Counted from the first letter of the stretch, positions 9,034 to 18,411 are shown. The stretch: DNA of 61,958 bases from an uncultured Gammaproteobacteria bacterium (GCA_964608405.1 CAZSNC010000002.1:8155-70112); one strand, 5' to 3'. The notes: generated from the sequence alone by a model not told the origin. Numbers and translations are program-made.

Positions 9034-10311
9034 ATGTCTCATTTTGTAGAAAGGGTAACTGGTGTAGAAGGCTCTTCTTTTTCAGGTAAGTCTACGTTAA
9101 TTAAAGAAGTTCACAACAAGGGCAACTCAGTGTCGGTAATTCCTGAAACCTGCGATATTGTTGGTGGAAATAGACATTTTAGACAGATTCCATTTACCTC
9201 TATACAGGAAGCACAACTAAACACACATTACTTTTTGGAGGTTGAAAAAAGAAGATGGGGTCAAGCTTTAGAATTGGTTAAAAAACCAAATCAGCAAGTT
9301 CTCATGGATCGAATTACCCCTTTTTCGTCAGTTATGCTATTTGCGTTGTTGCGCAATAAGTATCCAGAATTACACGGATTTTCTGGTGATTACGAATATG
9401 CTGTCGAACAGTATCAAAAAGCATTGGACGCAGGAGAAATATTCTTACCTAACCGGATGATCTTTGTTAATACTGATCCTGATAGTTTTTCCCAGAGAAA
9501 ATCTCGAGGTACAAGTGTTAATCCTTTCGGTTTATGGGATACATATCAATTTAACCAGGCCTACTATCATAAAATTGCTGACAATTATTATCCCGGTGAC
9601 TATTGTGTATGGATTAATTCAGACAATGCTGATGGATCTTTAGAAAATTCTGCGCGTTGTGCCCTTGATTATATATTGGGCACCGAACAGTCTCGTATTA
9701 TTAATATAAATCTTAAAGATGTCTTTTCAGATGCGCAATCGGAAATTGCTCCCGATTTAGACAAAAAGGCGATAGATCAAGAAAAAAATCGTGTATTGAC
9801 ATTAATGGAGAAAGCCAAATATGAATATTTGAAATTTGACGAAGGTGTTGCCTTAAGACCGGGTGAAAACATTAAAGATCAAGAAGCCTTTCGGGGTCAA
9901 GTTCTAAAGACGCTATATAATGAGTGGGGTTTTGATTATGACCCGACATTAAATTATGACCTGGACCATCCCGATGAGGTATATAGTGGAAACGGGAAGT
10001 GGTGGGTTCTTGAAGACAATGGAAATATAATAGGAACGATGGCTGTTGAGGACCATGGTGATCGTTGTCACTGGCGTCGTCTTACGTTGGACCAAGAATA
10101 CCGAAATAGGGGTTGGGGAAGAATGTTAAATGTTGCTATGATTAAATATTGTCAACAAGTGGGTTTTAAAACAGGCTACTTTGACACAATTAAAGATACT
10201 GGTGTCTACAAATTATACGAAAGTTTAGGTTGTAAGATAGTTGCTGAATATCAAGAAGGTCCTTATACTAAGGTTGATATGGAGGTTGATTTAACACAAG
10301 CTAATTTATGA
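9034..10311 (+). CDS. Fusion protein: N-terminal P-loop (deoxynucleoside-kinase-like) domain plus C-terminal GNAT N-acetyltransferase domain
   Basis: Walker A GVEGSSFSGKSTL near the N-terminus. The C-terminal WRRLTLDQEYRNRGWGRMLNVAMIKYCQQVGF matches GNAT motif A (R/Q-x-x-G-x-G/A). Confidence 0.6.
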   Translation: MSHFVERVTGVEGSSFSGKSTLIKEVHNKGNSVSVIPETCDIVGGNRHFRQIPFTSIQEAQLNTHYFLEVEKRRWGQALELVKKPNQQVLMDRITPFSSVMLFALLRNKYPELHGFSGDYEYAVEQYQKALDAGEIFLPNRMIFVNTDPDSFSQRKSRGTSVNPFGLWDTYQFNQAYYHKIADNYYPGDYCVWINSDNADGSLENSARCALDYILGTEQSRIININLKDVFSDAQSEIAPDLDKKAIDQEKNRVLTLMEKAKYEYLKFDEGVALRPGENIKDQEAFRGQVLKTLYNEWGFDYDPTLNYDLDHPDEVYSGNGKWWVLEDNGNIIGTMAVEDHGDRCHWRRLTLDQEYRNRGWGRMLNVAMIKYCQQVGFKTGYFDTIKDTGVYKLYESLGCKIVAEYQEGPYTKVDMEVDLTQANL

Positions 10312-10847
10312 AAAAGTTTATATTGAATCTCAAACTAAACAAACCGATTGCAAATTTGTATCGCGATCGGCATGTGTTGATTGTCTGTCTTGATGAAAAC
10401 GGTAAAGTTATATTAGGTGACAAACCCGATTTTTACCCTGAAGGTGTAACCAGATTGATAGGTGGTGGAATAAATAAGGATGAAGATGCCAAGGATGCCG
10501 CATTGAGAGAACTTCATGAAGAGATTGGTATTAAAATACCCAAGAAAAGTCTAAAAGACTTGTGCGAAATAGACATTAATGCTGAAGCTGACGGAGTGGT
10601 ATACCATCTGATTACATACCTATATAAAACTGAAATTAACTCTCATAATATTAAGACTGGCGATGATGTTTCCTCAGTTTCTGCTCTTTCATTAGACCAG
10701 CTGAAACAATTGGCGGATAAGTATGAATCTTTACCATCCGACTTGGTGTTTTGTCACAGCAGTGGTTATACCCACTTATGGAGTGATTATGGGAAAGTAT
10801 ATGGCCCGATTCACCGCATAGTATACGAGCTTCTGATTAATGCTTAG
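10308..10847 (+). CDS. Nudix hydrolase
   Basis: Nudix box GGGINKDEDAKDAALRELHEEIGI (G-x5-E-x7-REUxEExGU). ATGA overlap with the upstream gene. Confidence 0.8.
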   Translation: MKKFILNLKLNKPIANLYRDRHVLIVCLDENGKVILGDKPDFYPEGVTRLIGGGINKDEDAKDAALRELHEEIGIKIPKKSLKDLCEIDINAEADGVVYHLITYLYKTEINSHNIKTGDDVSSVSALSLDQLKQLADKYESLPSDLVFCHSSGYTHLWSDYGKVYGPIHRIVYELLINA

Positions 10848-10914
10848 GGATAGATTGAGATCAAGTCTATAAAAGCGCTACAAGGAGTATAAATTTTAAT
10901 AAAGTATTATATTG

Positions 10915-10999
10915 TGCCGAGGGAGGGGGTCGAACCCTCACAAGCTGTTATGCTTACAGGTTTTTGAGACCTGCGCGTCTGCCATTCCGCCACCTCGGC
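10915..10999 (-). tRNA. tRNA-Leu (anticodon CAA)
   Basis: The reverse complement GCCGAGGTGGCGGAATGGCAGACGCGCAGGTCTCAAAAACCTGTAAGCATAACAGCTTGTGAGGGTTCGACCCCCTCCCTCGGCA folds as a cloverleaf. It has a 7-bp acceptor stem, anticodon loop CUCAAAA, a long variable arm and T-loop TTCGACC. CCA is not encoded. Confidence 0.9.
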
Positions 11000-11076
11000 T
11001 TGTCAACTTCTCTTTATAGTTTATCAAATTCCTTTAAAATAATCCGTATTTGGAATATACTTACGTACCTTAAATT

Positions 11077-12153
11077 ATGGACCAGAGAATTGTCAAACAA
11101 GCCGATATTTTAGTTAATTATTGTCTTAAGGTAAAGAAGGGGGAAAAGGTTGTCTTGATATCTGATTTTCAGGCAAAACCACTGGCTTTGGAAGTTTACA
11201 AAAGCTTGATTAAAAACGGTGTCTCTGAAGTAAGGGTTAAATTTGATTCATATGAGTTTTCAAAGGCATATTTTGAAAATGCCTCACTGGCCCAGTTGAA
11301 ACATTTTCCCACAATTGAGAATTATGAGACCAAAAATGCGGATTGTTTTATCCGTATATCGGCCCCCGGTAATACCAGAGCACTAAGTTCAGTGGATGCT
11401 GCAAGGATCAGTTTGAGATCCAAGACAACCCGTTCAATTTCAGACTTTCGGGTTGAACATACAAGATGGGTTATAACACAGTATCCGACCGAAGCTCAGG
11501 CACAGGAGGCTGATATGTCTCTTGCTGAATACGAAGACTTTGTTTTTTCGGCAATCAACGGTGTTGACTGGCAGAAAAAATGGAAAGAACAGGAGAATTT
11601 AAGAAGACTTCTTGATAAAACGAATATTGTTAAAATTATCGGTAAAGATACAGATTTGACATTGTCAATTAAGGGTAGAAAAGCTGAAAATGCCGGAGGA
11701 AATTTTAATATGCCGGATGGTGAAGTTTTTACATCGGTTGATGAAAAGTCCGTAAACGGGTATGTCAGATATACATTTCCGGCTCTTTACATGGGAAGGG
11801 AGTTTGCAAACGTTTGTCTTGAATTCAGAAATGGTAGGGTGATTAATGCGCAAAGCGATAAAAACAGCAGCGACTTGAATAAGATTCTAAATATGGACAG
11901 GGGAGCGAGGTTTGTCGGTGAGTTTGGTATTGGCAATAACTATGCAATAAAACGATTTACTAAAAATATTTTGTTTGATGAGAAAATTGGCGGGACGGTT
12001 CACCTGGCACTGGGGAAGGGGTATAAATCAACCCTCAGTAAAAACACGTCTGCGCTTCATTGGGATATGATAAAAGACCTTAGAAGTGGTGGAGAGCTTT
12101 ACTTTGACGGTAATCTTGTACAGAAAGACGGGAATTGGAAAATTAAACTATAA
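11077..12153 (+). CDS. Aminopeptidase, M29 (PepS/AmpS) family
   Basis: 358 aa. N-terminus ADILVNYCLKVKKGEKVVL and the overall length and pattern are typical of thermophilic-metalloprotease M29 enzymes. Confidence 0.75.
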   Translation: MDQRIVKQADILVNYCLKVKKGEKVVLISDFQAKPLALEVYKSLIKNGVSEVRVKFDSYEFSKAYFENASLAQLKHFPTIENYETKNADCFIRISAPGNTRALSSVDAARISLRSKTTRSISDFRVEHTRWVITQYPTEAQAQEADMSLAEYEDFVFSAINGVDWQKKWKEQENLRRLLDKTNIVKIIGKDTDLTLSIKGRKAENAGGNFNMPDGEVFTSVDEKSVNGYVRYTFPALYMGREFANVCLEFRNGRVINAQSDKNSSDLNKILNMDRGARFVGEFGIGNNYAIKRFTKNILFDEKIGGTVHLALGKGYKSTLSKNTSALHWDMIKDLRSGGELYFDGNLVQKDGNWKIKL

Positions 12154-12160
12154 TCTAGTC

Positions 12161-12658
12161 TTAATTGACAAGCCAGATCAGCGACGCAGCAATCGTCATT
12201 ATGGGCGATGCTAATCCCCAAACAATACCGGTGTTAAACTGGTGTCTTTTTTGAAACGAAAGCCATCTTTTTAAAAAATCCTTTTTGTAATTCAGAAAAA
12301 TATACGGAGCTTCGATTAAATCGGGCAGAACTGCCAGGAAGCAGCAGACAAAAATGAGCAATGTTTTTTTAATGTCCGGTAAAAAGGAAAGTGCAATTGC
12401 CGAACCGCCAACAAGGGCAATTGAAGAATCAGCGATTATGATCTTCATACTTTTTGGGTCAATCACCTTGACACCACCTTTTTTAGTAGTGATGTGTGGA
12501 TTCCAGTGCGGCATTTCATCGAAAACAAAATGGGGTAAGTGTGCCATAGGAATAGCAAGTACGGGGTTTGCTGCTTTTGCGGCGATAACTGCAGCAACTA
12601 TTGTATGTGGTGTTTCGAGCACAAGTAACATATTAAAGAAAACGAAGCCTACTGTCAA
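12161..12658 (-). CDS. Hypothetical polytopic membrane protein (possibly a DUF457/YdjM-like membrane hydrolase)
   Basis: 165 aa with several hydrophobic helices and conserved-looking His residues (HTIV, HLPH, HWNPH). Preferred over the antisense ORF 12354-12686. Confidence 0.5.
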   Translation of the reverse strand: MTVGFVFFNMLLVLETPHTIVAAVIAAKAANPVLAIPMAHLPHFVFDEMPHWNPHITTKKGGVKVIDPKSMKIIIADSSIALVGGSAIALSFLPDIKKTLLIFVCCFLAVLPDLIEAPYIFLNYKKDFLKRWLSFQKRHQFNTGIVWGLASPIMTIAASLIWLVN

Positions 12659-12711
12659 ACCTATGTTGTGCTATTATTCAAGTTAAAGGCACCAAATAAA
12701 GTATTTAATAT

Positions 12712-13299
12712 ATGGAAATTATAATAATCGCTACCTGCTTTATAATTTTTTGCTTTGTTTTTTGGCGTGAATTGAAAGAAGACTACATTCCAAGCCAGAT
12801 ATTTTCAACGGCCTTGACGATAGGATTTTTTCTTCTTCTTAGTTATCTTTTAAGCGCGTATTTTTTTAAACAATACAGATTTTGGCTTCTAACGATCTCA
12901 ATAATACTCGGATATGTTATAGGTTCTAAAAGGACCGGTCTGAAATATTATGAAGGTTACGACAACATGATTTTGGGAGTATCGGTGTCGCTTATAGCCT
13001 CATCCTTCATTTTGATAAAATATTTTAGTATTGCTTGGGTTTTATTTTATGCCTCTGTAATTTTGTCATTGGGGATATTTATTTTGATTAGAAGAAACTA
13101 TAAAGCTTTCATATGGTACAAATCAGGGAAAAGAGGTTTTTCGGGTCTGTTTACCGTGGGAGTATTCTTTTTATTAAGATCGATCATATCTTTTGCAAAA
13201 CCCGATTTTACTCTTGCGCTTACGGAGTACGACATGTTTATTTCAGGATTGATTTCTTTTGCGTCTTTTCTTAATATATTTATATTGGCTAATAAATAA
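12712..13299 (+). CDS. Hypothetical polytopic membrane protein
   Basis: 195 aa with about 6 hydrophobic segments. No family recognised. Confidence 0.55.
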   Translation: MEIIIIATCFIIFCFVFWRELKEDYIPSQIFSTALTIGFFLLLSYLLSAYFFKQYRFWLLTISIILGYVIGSKRTGLKYYEGYDNMILGVSVSLIASSFILIKYFSIAWVLFYASVILSLGIFILIRRNYKAFIWYKSGKRGFSGLFTVGVFFLLRSIISFAKPDFTLALTEYDMFISGLISFASFLNIFILANK

Positions 13300-13302
13300 A
13301 AT

Positions 13303-13701
13303 ATGGCAAAAAATAAAAGTACTGAAGTGAAGAAAACCTCTTTAAAGTTTCCCTCAAATCTGGTTACCCCGATTGCTGGAATATTGAAGTTGAATCTCAA
13401 GAAAATGGAGGATCAGAAAAAAGACATTATTAAGGAAGACCCCTTTAAAAATCATGCAAGAATAACAGATAACGCTTCACCAGATGCCGATGCTGAAGAG
13501 CAGTTCGGACATGCTCGAACATCCGCCTTACGTGAACAGATTGATAGACAAATAATCCAAACACGAAAAGCACTTACCAGGATAAAAATTGGGAAGTATG
13601 GTATTTGTGAGGACTGTGGCAATATGATTGACACCGACAGATTGATGGCGTACCCCGAGGCTACGCTTTGTAAAACCTGCAAAGCAAAGCGCGAGAAATA
13701 A
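13303..13701 (+). CDS. DksA/TraR-family C4 zinc-finger protein
   Basis: C-terminal CEDCGNMIDTDRLMAYPEATLCKTC (CxxC-x17-CxxC), preceded by a coiled-coil-like region. Confidence 0.75.
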   Translation: MAKNKSTEVKKTSLKFPSNLVTPIAGILKLNLKKMEDQKKDIIKEDPFKNHARITDNASPDADAEEQFGHARTSALREQIDRQIIQTRKALTRIKIGKYGICEDCGNMIDTDRLMAYPEATLCKTCKAKREK

Positions 13702-13721
13702 AATTAAGCATCTTTTTCATT

Positions 13722-14462
13722 GTGCCTCCTGATGCTAAAATCATGATTATGAATGAACCATCCGTTGTATGGGAAGATGGGGGAGTTATGGTTTTGGACA
13801 AGCCGGCAGGCTGGGTTGTTAACGATGCGGCAACCGCGCACGGAAATCCAATAATACAGACTTGGTTAAAAGAAAACTTCATTTTTGAGATTTCGAAAGA
13901 CGATAGTTTAAGATCCGGTATTGTTCATAGGCTTGATAAAGACACCAGTGGTTTGTTGGTTGTGGCAAAAACCAAGATCGCGTTTGAAAAATTGCAGAAG
14001 CAATTTGCTGAAAGGGAGGTAAAGAAAGAATACCTTGCTCTTGTTCATGGAAGGCTTAAAAATGAGAAAGAAGAGGTTGCAGTTACGGTTGGCAGATTGC
14101 CTTGGAACAGAGAAAGGTTCGGAATAATTCCGTCAGGCAAGCCATCCGAGACGGTATTTGAAAGACTTAAGACCTTAAAAGACAATTACGGTAACTGGTA
14201 TAGTTTGTTAAGAGCTTATCCGAAGACGGGAAGAACGCATCAGATTCGGATCCATTTGAAATATTTAGGATTTCCCATAGTTTCGGATTCTTTCTACGCT
14301 GGAAGAAAAACCTCGAGAAAAGACAGGCTTTGGTGTGAAAGGTTGTTTTTACATGCGGAGAAGATTTGTTTTAAGCACCCCACAAGTAGTGAAGTGATTT
14401 GTTTTAAATCCGATCTTCCTGCGGATTTAAAGTCTTCCTTAGAGGCATTAATCGAGGTTTAG
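13722..14462 (+). CDS. RluA-family pseudouridine synthase (no N-terminal S4 domain)
   Basis: VLDKPAGWVV and catalytic HRLDKDTSGLL motifs, plus KTGRTHQIRIHL. The start is uncertain (GTG 13722 or ATG 13743). Confidence 0.85.
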   Translation: MPPDAKIMIMNEPSVVWEDGGVMVLDKPAGWVVNDAATAHGNPIIQTWLKENFIFEISKDDSLRSGIVHRLDKDTSGLLVVAKTKIAFEKLQKQFAEREVKKEYLALVHGRLKNEKEEVAVTVGRLPWNRERFGIIPSGKPSETVFERLKTLKDNYGNWYSLLRAYPKTGRTHQIRIHLKYLGFPIVSDSFYAGRKTSRKDRLWCERLFLHAEKICFKHPTSSEVICFKSDLPADLKSSLEALIEV

Positions 14463-14540
14463 ATATATATACTCTTGCGTATTTTAATTAACTTCCGGAT
14501 GAGTTATCGTAGAAGAAGCTTGGGTTTTTAAGTTTACAAA

Positions 14541-15476
14541 ATGAGAATTGGAAGTACCCGTGTGGGTAAGAGACAAAAAGATAGGTTTCGAAACAGGGAG
14601 TATCTAAAAAATCTTATTAGACTGTTTAGAATATCGTTTGTTTCTTTTGCTGTAATAACGGTGCTGTTGTTAATAATTTTCGTAATATACTTTTACAACA
14701 AGTATTCTTTTGGCAAGGTGGTTAACTCTGTTGTTGTTTACAAAGACGGAATATCGATTATCCGATTTGATCCTTTTTACAACGAACTGCTTACTTTAAA
14801 TATAACCGATGAAATATCAGCTGAATCTGCCGGTGGTTTTGGAAACTATCCGTTGAAGAATATTTATTCCTTAAGTGAAAATGAAAAAAGAGGGGAGGAA
14901 ATGTTTAGGAAAACCATAATGAGAAATTTTCACCTGCCGATTTATAACGTTATTGATTGCAGACATCAGTCTTACAATAAAAGATCATTACTAGGGATGG
15001 TCTTTTATTGCGGAGGAGTTAAAGACATGGATGATTTGACATATTTAATATATACAAAGTGGAAAACTGGTAATAATAAGACTGAAAAAAACCTCAATGA
15101 TTTAAGAGGTGTTTTTGTTCAGGATGCGGAGTCGGATAATAGTTTTCGATTAAGCGAAAACCTTTTTGAGAAGTTGGAGTTAGATTTTTCGCAAAGCACG
15201 GATGTTGACAGTATTGTAAACGTATCAGTAAAAACTGCTGACGGCGGTCTTGTCCCGGAGTATTTTAGCGATATTATAAGAATAATGGGGGGTAGGGTTG
15301 TTGAAAGCGATAGTCAGGTGAGTTCCATGATCGGTATTAAAACCTGCATGGTTAGCGGATCGGACAGGGTTTTAGTTAAAAACTTAGGAAAAGTATTTGG
15401 GTGTGAAACACAATATCTGAAAGATAACCCCGATGTATTATTATATTTTTCTCCCGAGTACTTGACTTCGTTTTAG
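14541..15476 (+). CDS. Hypothetical membrane-anchored protein
   Basis: 311 aa. Basic N-terminus, one TM helix (FVSFAVITVLLLIIFVIYF), then an extracytoplasmic domain. No confident family. Confidence 0.55.
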   Translation: MRIGSTRVGKRQKDRFRNREYLKNLIRLFRISFVSFAVITVLLLIIFVIYFYNKYSFGKVVNSVVVYKDGISIIRFDPFYNELLTLNITDEISAESAGGFGNYPLKNIYSLSENEKRGEEMFRKTIMRNFHLPIYNVIDCRHQSYNKRSLLGMVFYCGGVKDMDDLTYLIYTKWKTGNNKTEKNLNDLRGVFVQDAESDNSFRLSENLFEKLELDFSQSTDVDSIVNVSVKTADGGLVPEYFSDIIRIMGGRVVESDSQVSSMIGIKTCMVSGSDRVLVKNLGKVFGCETQYLKDNPDVLLYFSPEYLTSF

Positions 15477-16276
15477 TCAACCCCTACTTCTGAAGACGGT
15501 TCTTCCTGTTCCGAGGAATCACTTACTGTTTTCTCGGAGGATGCTTCTGCCTCTTCTTCGAACGATACTGGGGTTATCTCTGTTTTATCGTGAACCAACT
15601 CAGGTGGGGTATACGAGATATAATCTATCCTCTCAGAAGAGAAAGATGCTTTACTTGAGTATTTTTCGGGTCGGCAAACCTCTCTGATAAACACCTTAAT
15701 TTCATGGTTGTCTATTGACTTGATTGCGTATACATACTGATAACCTAACTTGATAAGCTTTTTCATTTTAATCGAAACATCATCAGGCAACTTCCCGATG
15801 TAATTTCCGTCAGCAGAAACAATTGATACTCTATGACTTTTTATGTTGTTGTAAACAATCTCTCCGCAGTTAAGTTTTGCAAGAATCGGTTTGTCGCAGG
15901 TGTGGATAAGGTGAATAATTTTTGTTTTTCCGGGTTCTTCCAAAAACATTTCAGCCGATAGTTGTTTTGACGAGTTTTTATCGACTTTCTTAAGATTTTT
16001 CCATTTGTCATAGCACTTAACAGCAATCGGATTGTACGGGTCGATCGCGAGTATTTTATTGATTGTAATTTTGGCGTTTTTTATATTACCAAGTTCAAAA
16101 TATGCTTTTGCCAATCGGTTTAGGGCATCTATATCACGGGGATTCTCCTTAATCAGAGCGAGGTTAATCTTTTTGGCTTCTTCCCACTGACCGGAAAGAG
16201 CTTTTTCGATAGCCTGATGGGCAAGGTCTTGGTTCATTGCTATTAAATTCTTAAGTGTAAGTATATTGTCCGCCAT
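15473..16276 (-). CDS. TPR-repeat protein
   Basis: The N-terminal half shows TPR-like repeats (WEEAKKINLALIKENPRDIDALNRLAKAYFELGNIKNAKITINKILAIDPYNP). Acidic C-terminal tail. Confidence 0.65.
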   Translation of the reverse strand: MADNILTLKNLIAMNQDLAHQAIEKALSGQWEEAKKINLALIKENPRDIDALNRLAKAYFELGNIKNAKITINKILAIDPYNPIAVKCYDKWKNLKKVDKNSSKQLSAEMFLEEPGKTKIIHLIHTCDKPILAKLNCGEIVYNNIKSHRVSIVSADGNYIGKLPDDVSIKMKKLIKLGYQYVYAIKSIDNHEIKVFIREVCRPEKYSSKASFSSERIDYISYTPPELVHDKTEITPVSFEEEAEASSEKTVSDSSEQEEPSSEVGVD

Positions 16277-16370
16277 AATCTTGTCAAGAATGTAACTTAG
16301 ATAAAATAGATTTTAGATCTTTAAGACAGTTGTTTTTACTTGTATAATTCCTTTTTGAGTAGGGATAAAT

Positions 16371-17117
16371 ATGTCAGGACATTCACATTTTGCAACAATC
16401 AAGAGAGCCAAAGAGGCCAAAGATGCACAGAAAGGAAAAGCATTTTCGAAACACGGTAGGGCAATTTCAATTGCTGTTAAAACTGGTGGTGGTCCCGATC
16501 CGGATGCAAATTTCAAGCTTCGTATGGCCATCGAGGCGGCACGTGCAGATAATCTTCCGAAAGAAAATATCGAGAGGGCTATCACAAAAGCCTCAACGGA
16601 AGCGGCAAATCTTGAAGAATTTACTTATGAAGGATTTGGGCCATACGGAGTATCAGTTATTGTTGAGGTTGCAACCGACAACAGGAATCGTACCGCACAA
16701 GAGTTAAAAAATATTTTTGAAAGGGGAGGGGGTAATATGGGTGGTCCGGGATCTGTTGCATATAATTTTGAAAGTAAGGGTATGATCAGAATTCAAAAAA
16801 ATTCCGATGTTAGTGCACAAATATTGGATCTTATCGATGTCGGAGTGGAGGATTATGAGGAGACTCCGGACGAGATAATCATTTACACACCTTATGATAA
16901 GACTGCACAAATCCGCGATAAAATTGCCGGAAAAAACTTTACTGTGAATTCAGCGCAGGCGATTAAAAAAGCGGTAAATAGTATAAATATCGATGACCCC
17001 GACAAAGTTAAGAAGGTATTTTCTTTTATCGAAAAAATGGAGGAATATGAGGATGTACAAAATGTTTATACAAACATGGATATTAGTGACGAGATAATGG
17101 ATAAAGTAGAGGTGTAG
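16371..17117 (+). CDS. yebC: YebC/PmpR-family transcriptional regulator
   Basis: MSGHSHFATIKRAKEAKDAQKGKAFSK... is the highly conserved YebC N-terminus. 248 aa. Confidence 0.9.
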   Translation: MSGHSHFATIKRAKEAKDAQKGKAFSKHGRAISIAVKTGGGPDPDANFKLRMAIEAARADNLPKENIERAITKASTEAANLEEFTYEGFGPYGVSVIVEVATDNRNRTAQELKNIFERGGGNMGGPGSVAYNFESKGMIRIQKNSDVSAQILDLIDVGVEDYEETPDEIIIYTPYDKTAQIRDKIAGKNFTVNSAQAIKKAVNSINIDDPDKVKKVFSFIEKMEEYEDVQNVYTNMDISDEIMDKVEV

Positions 17118-17120
17118 AAT

Positions 17121-17933
17121 GTGCCTTTCACCCCAAACTTGCCCTTAGATATGTTATCTGACAAAAAAAAACGCTTCGCAATAAGCTCGATTGTCCTTTC
17201 GGTGATACTTCTTTCGCTTAAGTTTATCGATAACCAGGTATTTAAGTTTGTCGATATAGCCTTTTTAGGTTTGATGACACTCATTTCTTTTTGGTGGTCG
17301 TTAAGGGAGGGGATAAAGACAAAACTCTCCTTTTTGGTTACAATACTACCTTTGTATTATTCAATCGGTATCGCGCTTTTTTGGTTTCTCCTCCCAAGTA
17401 CTATTTGGGTAACCATTGTGATAGTTATTTTATATGGAGTATCTATCTATCTTTTGTTTTTGACGGAGAATGTCTTTTCTGTATCATCACTTAAAACAAT
17501 CGCTTTATACAGGGCTGCCAAAGGTGTTGGTTTTTTATTTACATTGATTGCATTCTTCTTTACACTCAATGCTTTGATTTCACTTAAAATTCCTTTTTAT
17601 TACTTAGGCTTTTTAGTGTTTGTAATTATTCTCCCTTTGTATATACAGGGTTTTTGGAGTTCAACTCTCCAGGATAAAATGGACAAAAATCTGGGTGCAA
17701 TCTCATTGGCATCAGCTCTGATTCAAGCTCAAGTATCTGTGATATTGTTTTTTTGGCCGGTTGGAGTTATCGTTGGATCCCTTTTTTTGACAATAGTTTT
17801 TTATATTTTACTTGGCCTTGGACAAAGCAAATTGGAGGATAGGCTATTTTCTCAGACTGTCGGAGAATACCTAACGGTTGGGGCTGTTGTATTTGTCGTA
17901 ATGTTATTTTCTACAAGCTGGAGAGGATATTAA
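17121..17933 (+). CDS. Hypothetical polytopic membrane protein
   Basis: 270 aa, about 8 hydrophobic helices, GTG start 4 nt after the yebC stop. Confidence 0.55.
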   Translation: MPFTPNLPLDMLSDKKKRFAISSIVLSVILLSLKFIDNQVFKFVDIAFLGLMTLISFWWSLREGIKTKLSFLVTILPLYYSIGIALFWFLLPSTIWVTIVIVILYGVSIYLLFLTENVFSVSSLKTIALYRAAKGVGFLFTLIAFFFTLNALISLKIPFYYLGFLVFVIILPLYIQGFWSSTLQDKMDKNLGAISLASALIQAQVSVILFFWPVGVIVGSLFLTIVFYILLGLGQSKLEDRLFSQTVGEYLTVGAVVFVVMLFSTSWRGY

Positions 17934-18222
17934 TAATATTTACATATTACAATTTCTCCCAATGCATTTTTATCGATATATATAGACACGGGGAGGGGGA
18001 GTAGGAGTAATAATAAACCCCATAGTATTATTATAGGGTAATATTAGCGGTACATCTTTTCACGCATATTATTTATAATTTTCACACGTTGTGCTAATTT
18101 TAATCAAGCAAACAAACCCCGAAGCTTTTTATATGACATATATCAATAACAAGTGCGTTTAGGGGATGATATAGTCTGATATAGTTATCAATCTCCCGGT
18201 ATAAGTGCGTGACTTTAGATAT

Positions 18223-18231
18223 TGTGGATAA
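18223..18231 (-). promoter_or_regulatory. Perfect DnaA box (TTATCCACA on the minus strand)
   Basis: The plus strand reads TGTGGATAA inside the 0.9-kb ORF-free region. Confidence 0.5.
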
Positions 18232-18402
18232 CTTATATATTTATTTTGCATAGGTTATCGCTATTGCTTACCTTCCGTGGAGAATAGGTTGTAATTCATA
18301 AATCTACTTCATTAACTGGAGTTATTTTTATTGAGGTATGGGGGAAAGTATCAGGGGTGTGTAAGTTATTCCTCTTAAGATAAGATATGTCCGTGTAACG
18401 TT

Positions 18403-18411
18403 TGTGGATAA
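18403..18411 (-). promoter_or_regulatory. Perfect DnaA box (TTATCCACA on the minus strand)
   Basis: The plus strand reads TGTGGATAA, in the same orientation as the box 180 nt upstream. A 1-mismatch copy (TATGGATAA) lies at 18784-18792. Confidence 0.5.

Noticed and set aside
4138-10914. The six-gene operon as a tRNA-Leu-integrated mobile genomic island
   Set aside because: The block abuts the 3' end of tRNA-Leu and looks more AT-rich. However, I found no integrase or transposase, and no direct repeat of the tRNA 3' segment (TGCCGAGGGAGGGGGTCGAACC) near 4138-4322. Mobility is therefore unsupported; horizontal origin remains possible.
12354-12686. 110-aa plus-strand ORF overlapping the 12161-12658 membrane protein
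   Set aside because: The minus-strand ORF has regular TM-helix periodicity and sensible intergenic spacing to both neighbours. The plus-strand ORF would overlap the divergent promoter region and has no motif.
15901-15909. Perfect DnaA-box sequence TGTGGATAA inside the TPR-protein gene, plus TTATCCACA at 55878-55886 next to the rplT terminator
   Set aside because: These are isolated single matches in or adjacent to coding or terminator sequence, with no clustering. They are recorded because they lower the statistical weight of the two boxes at 18223 and 18403.
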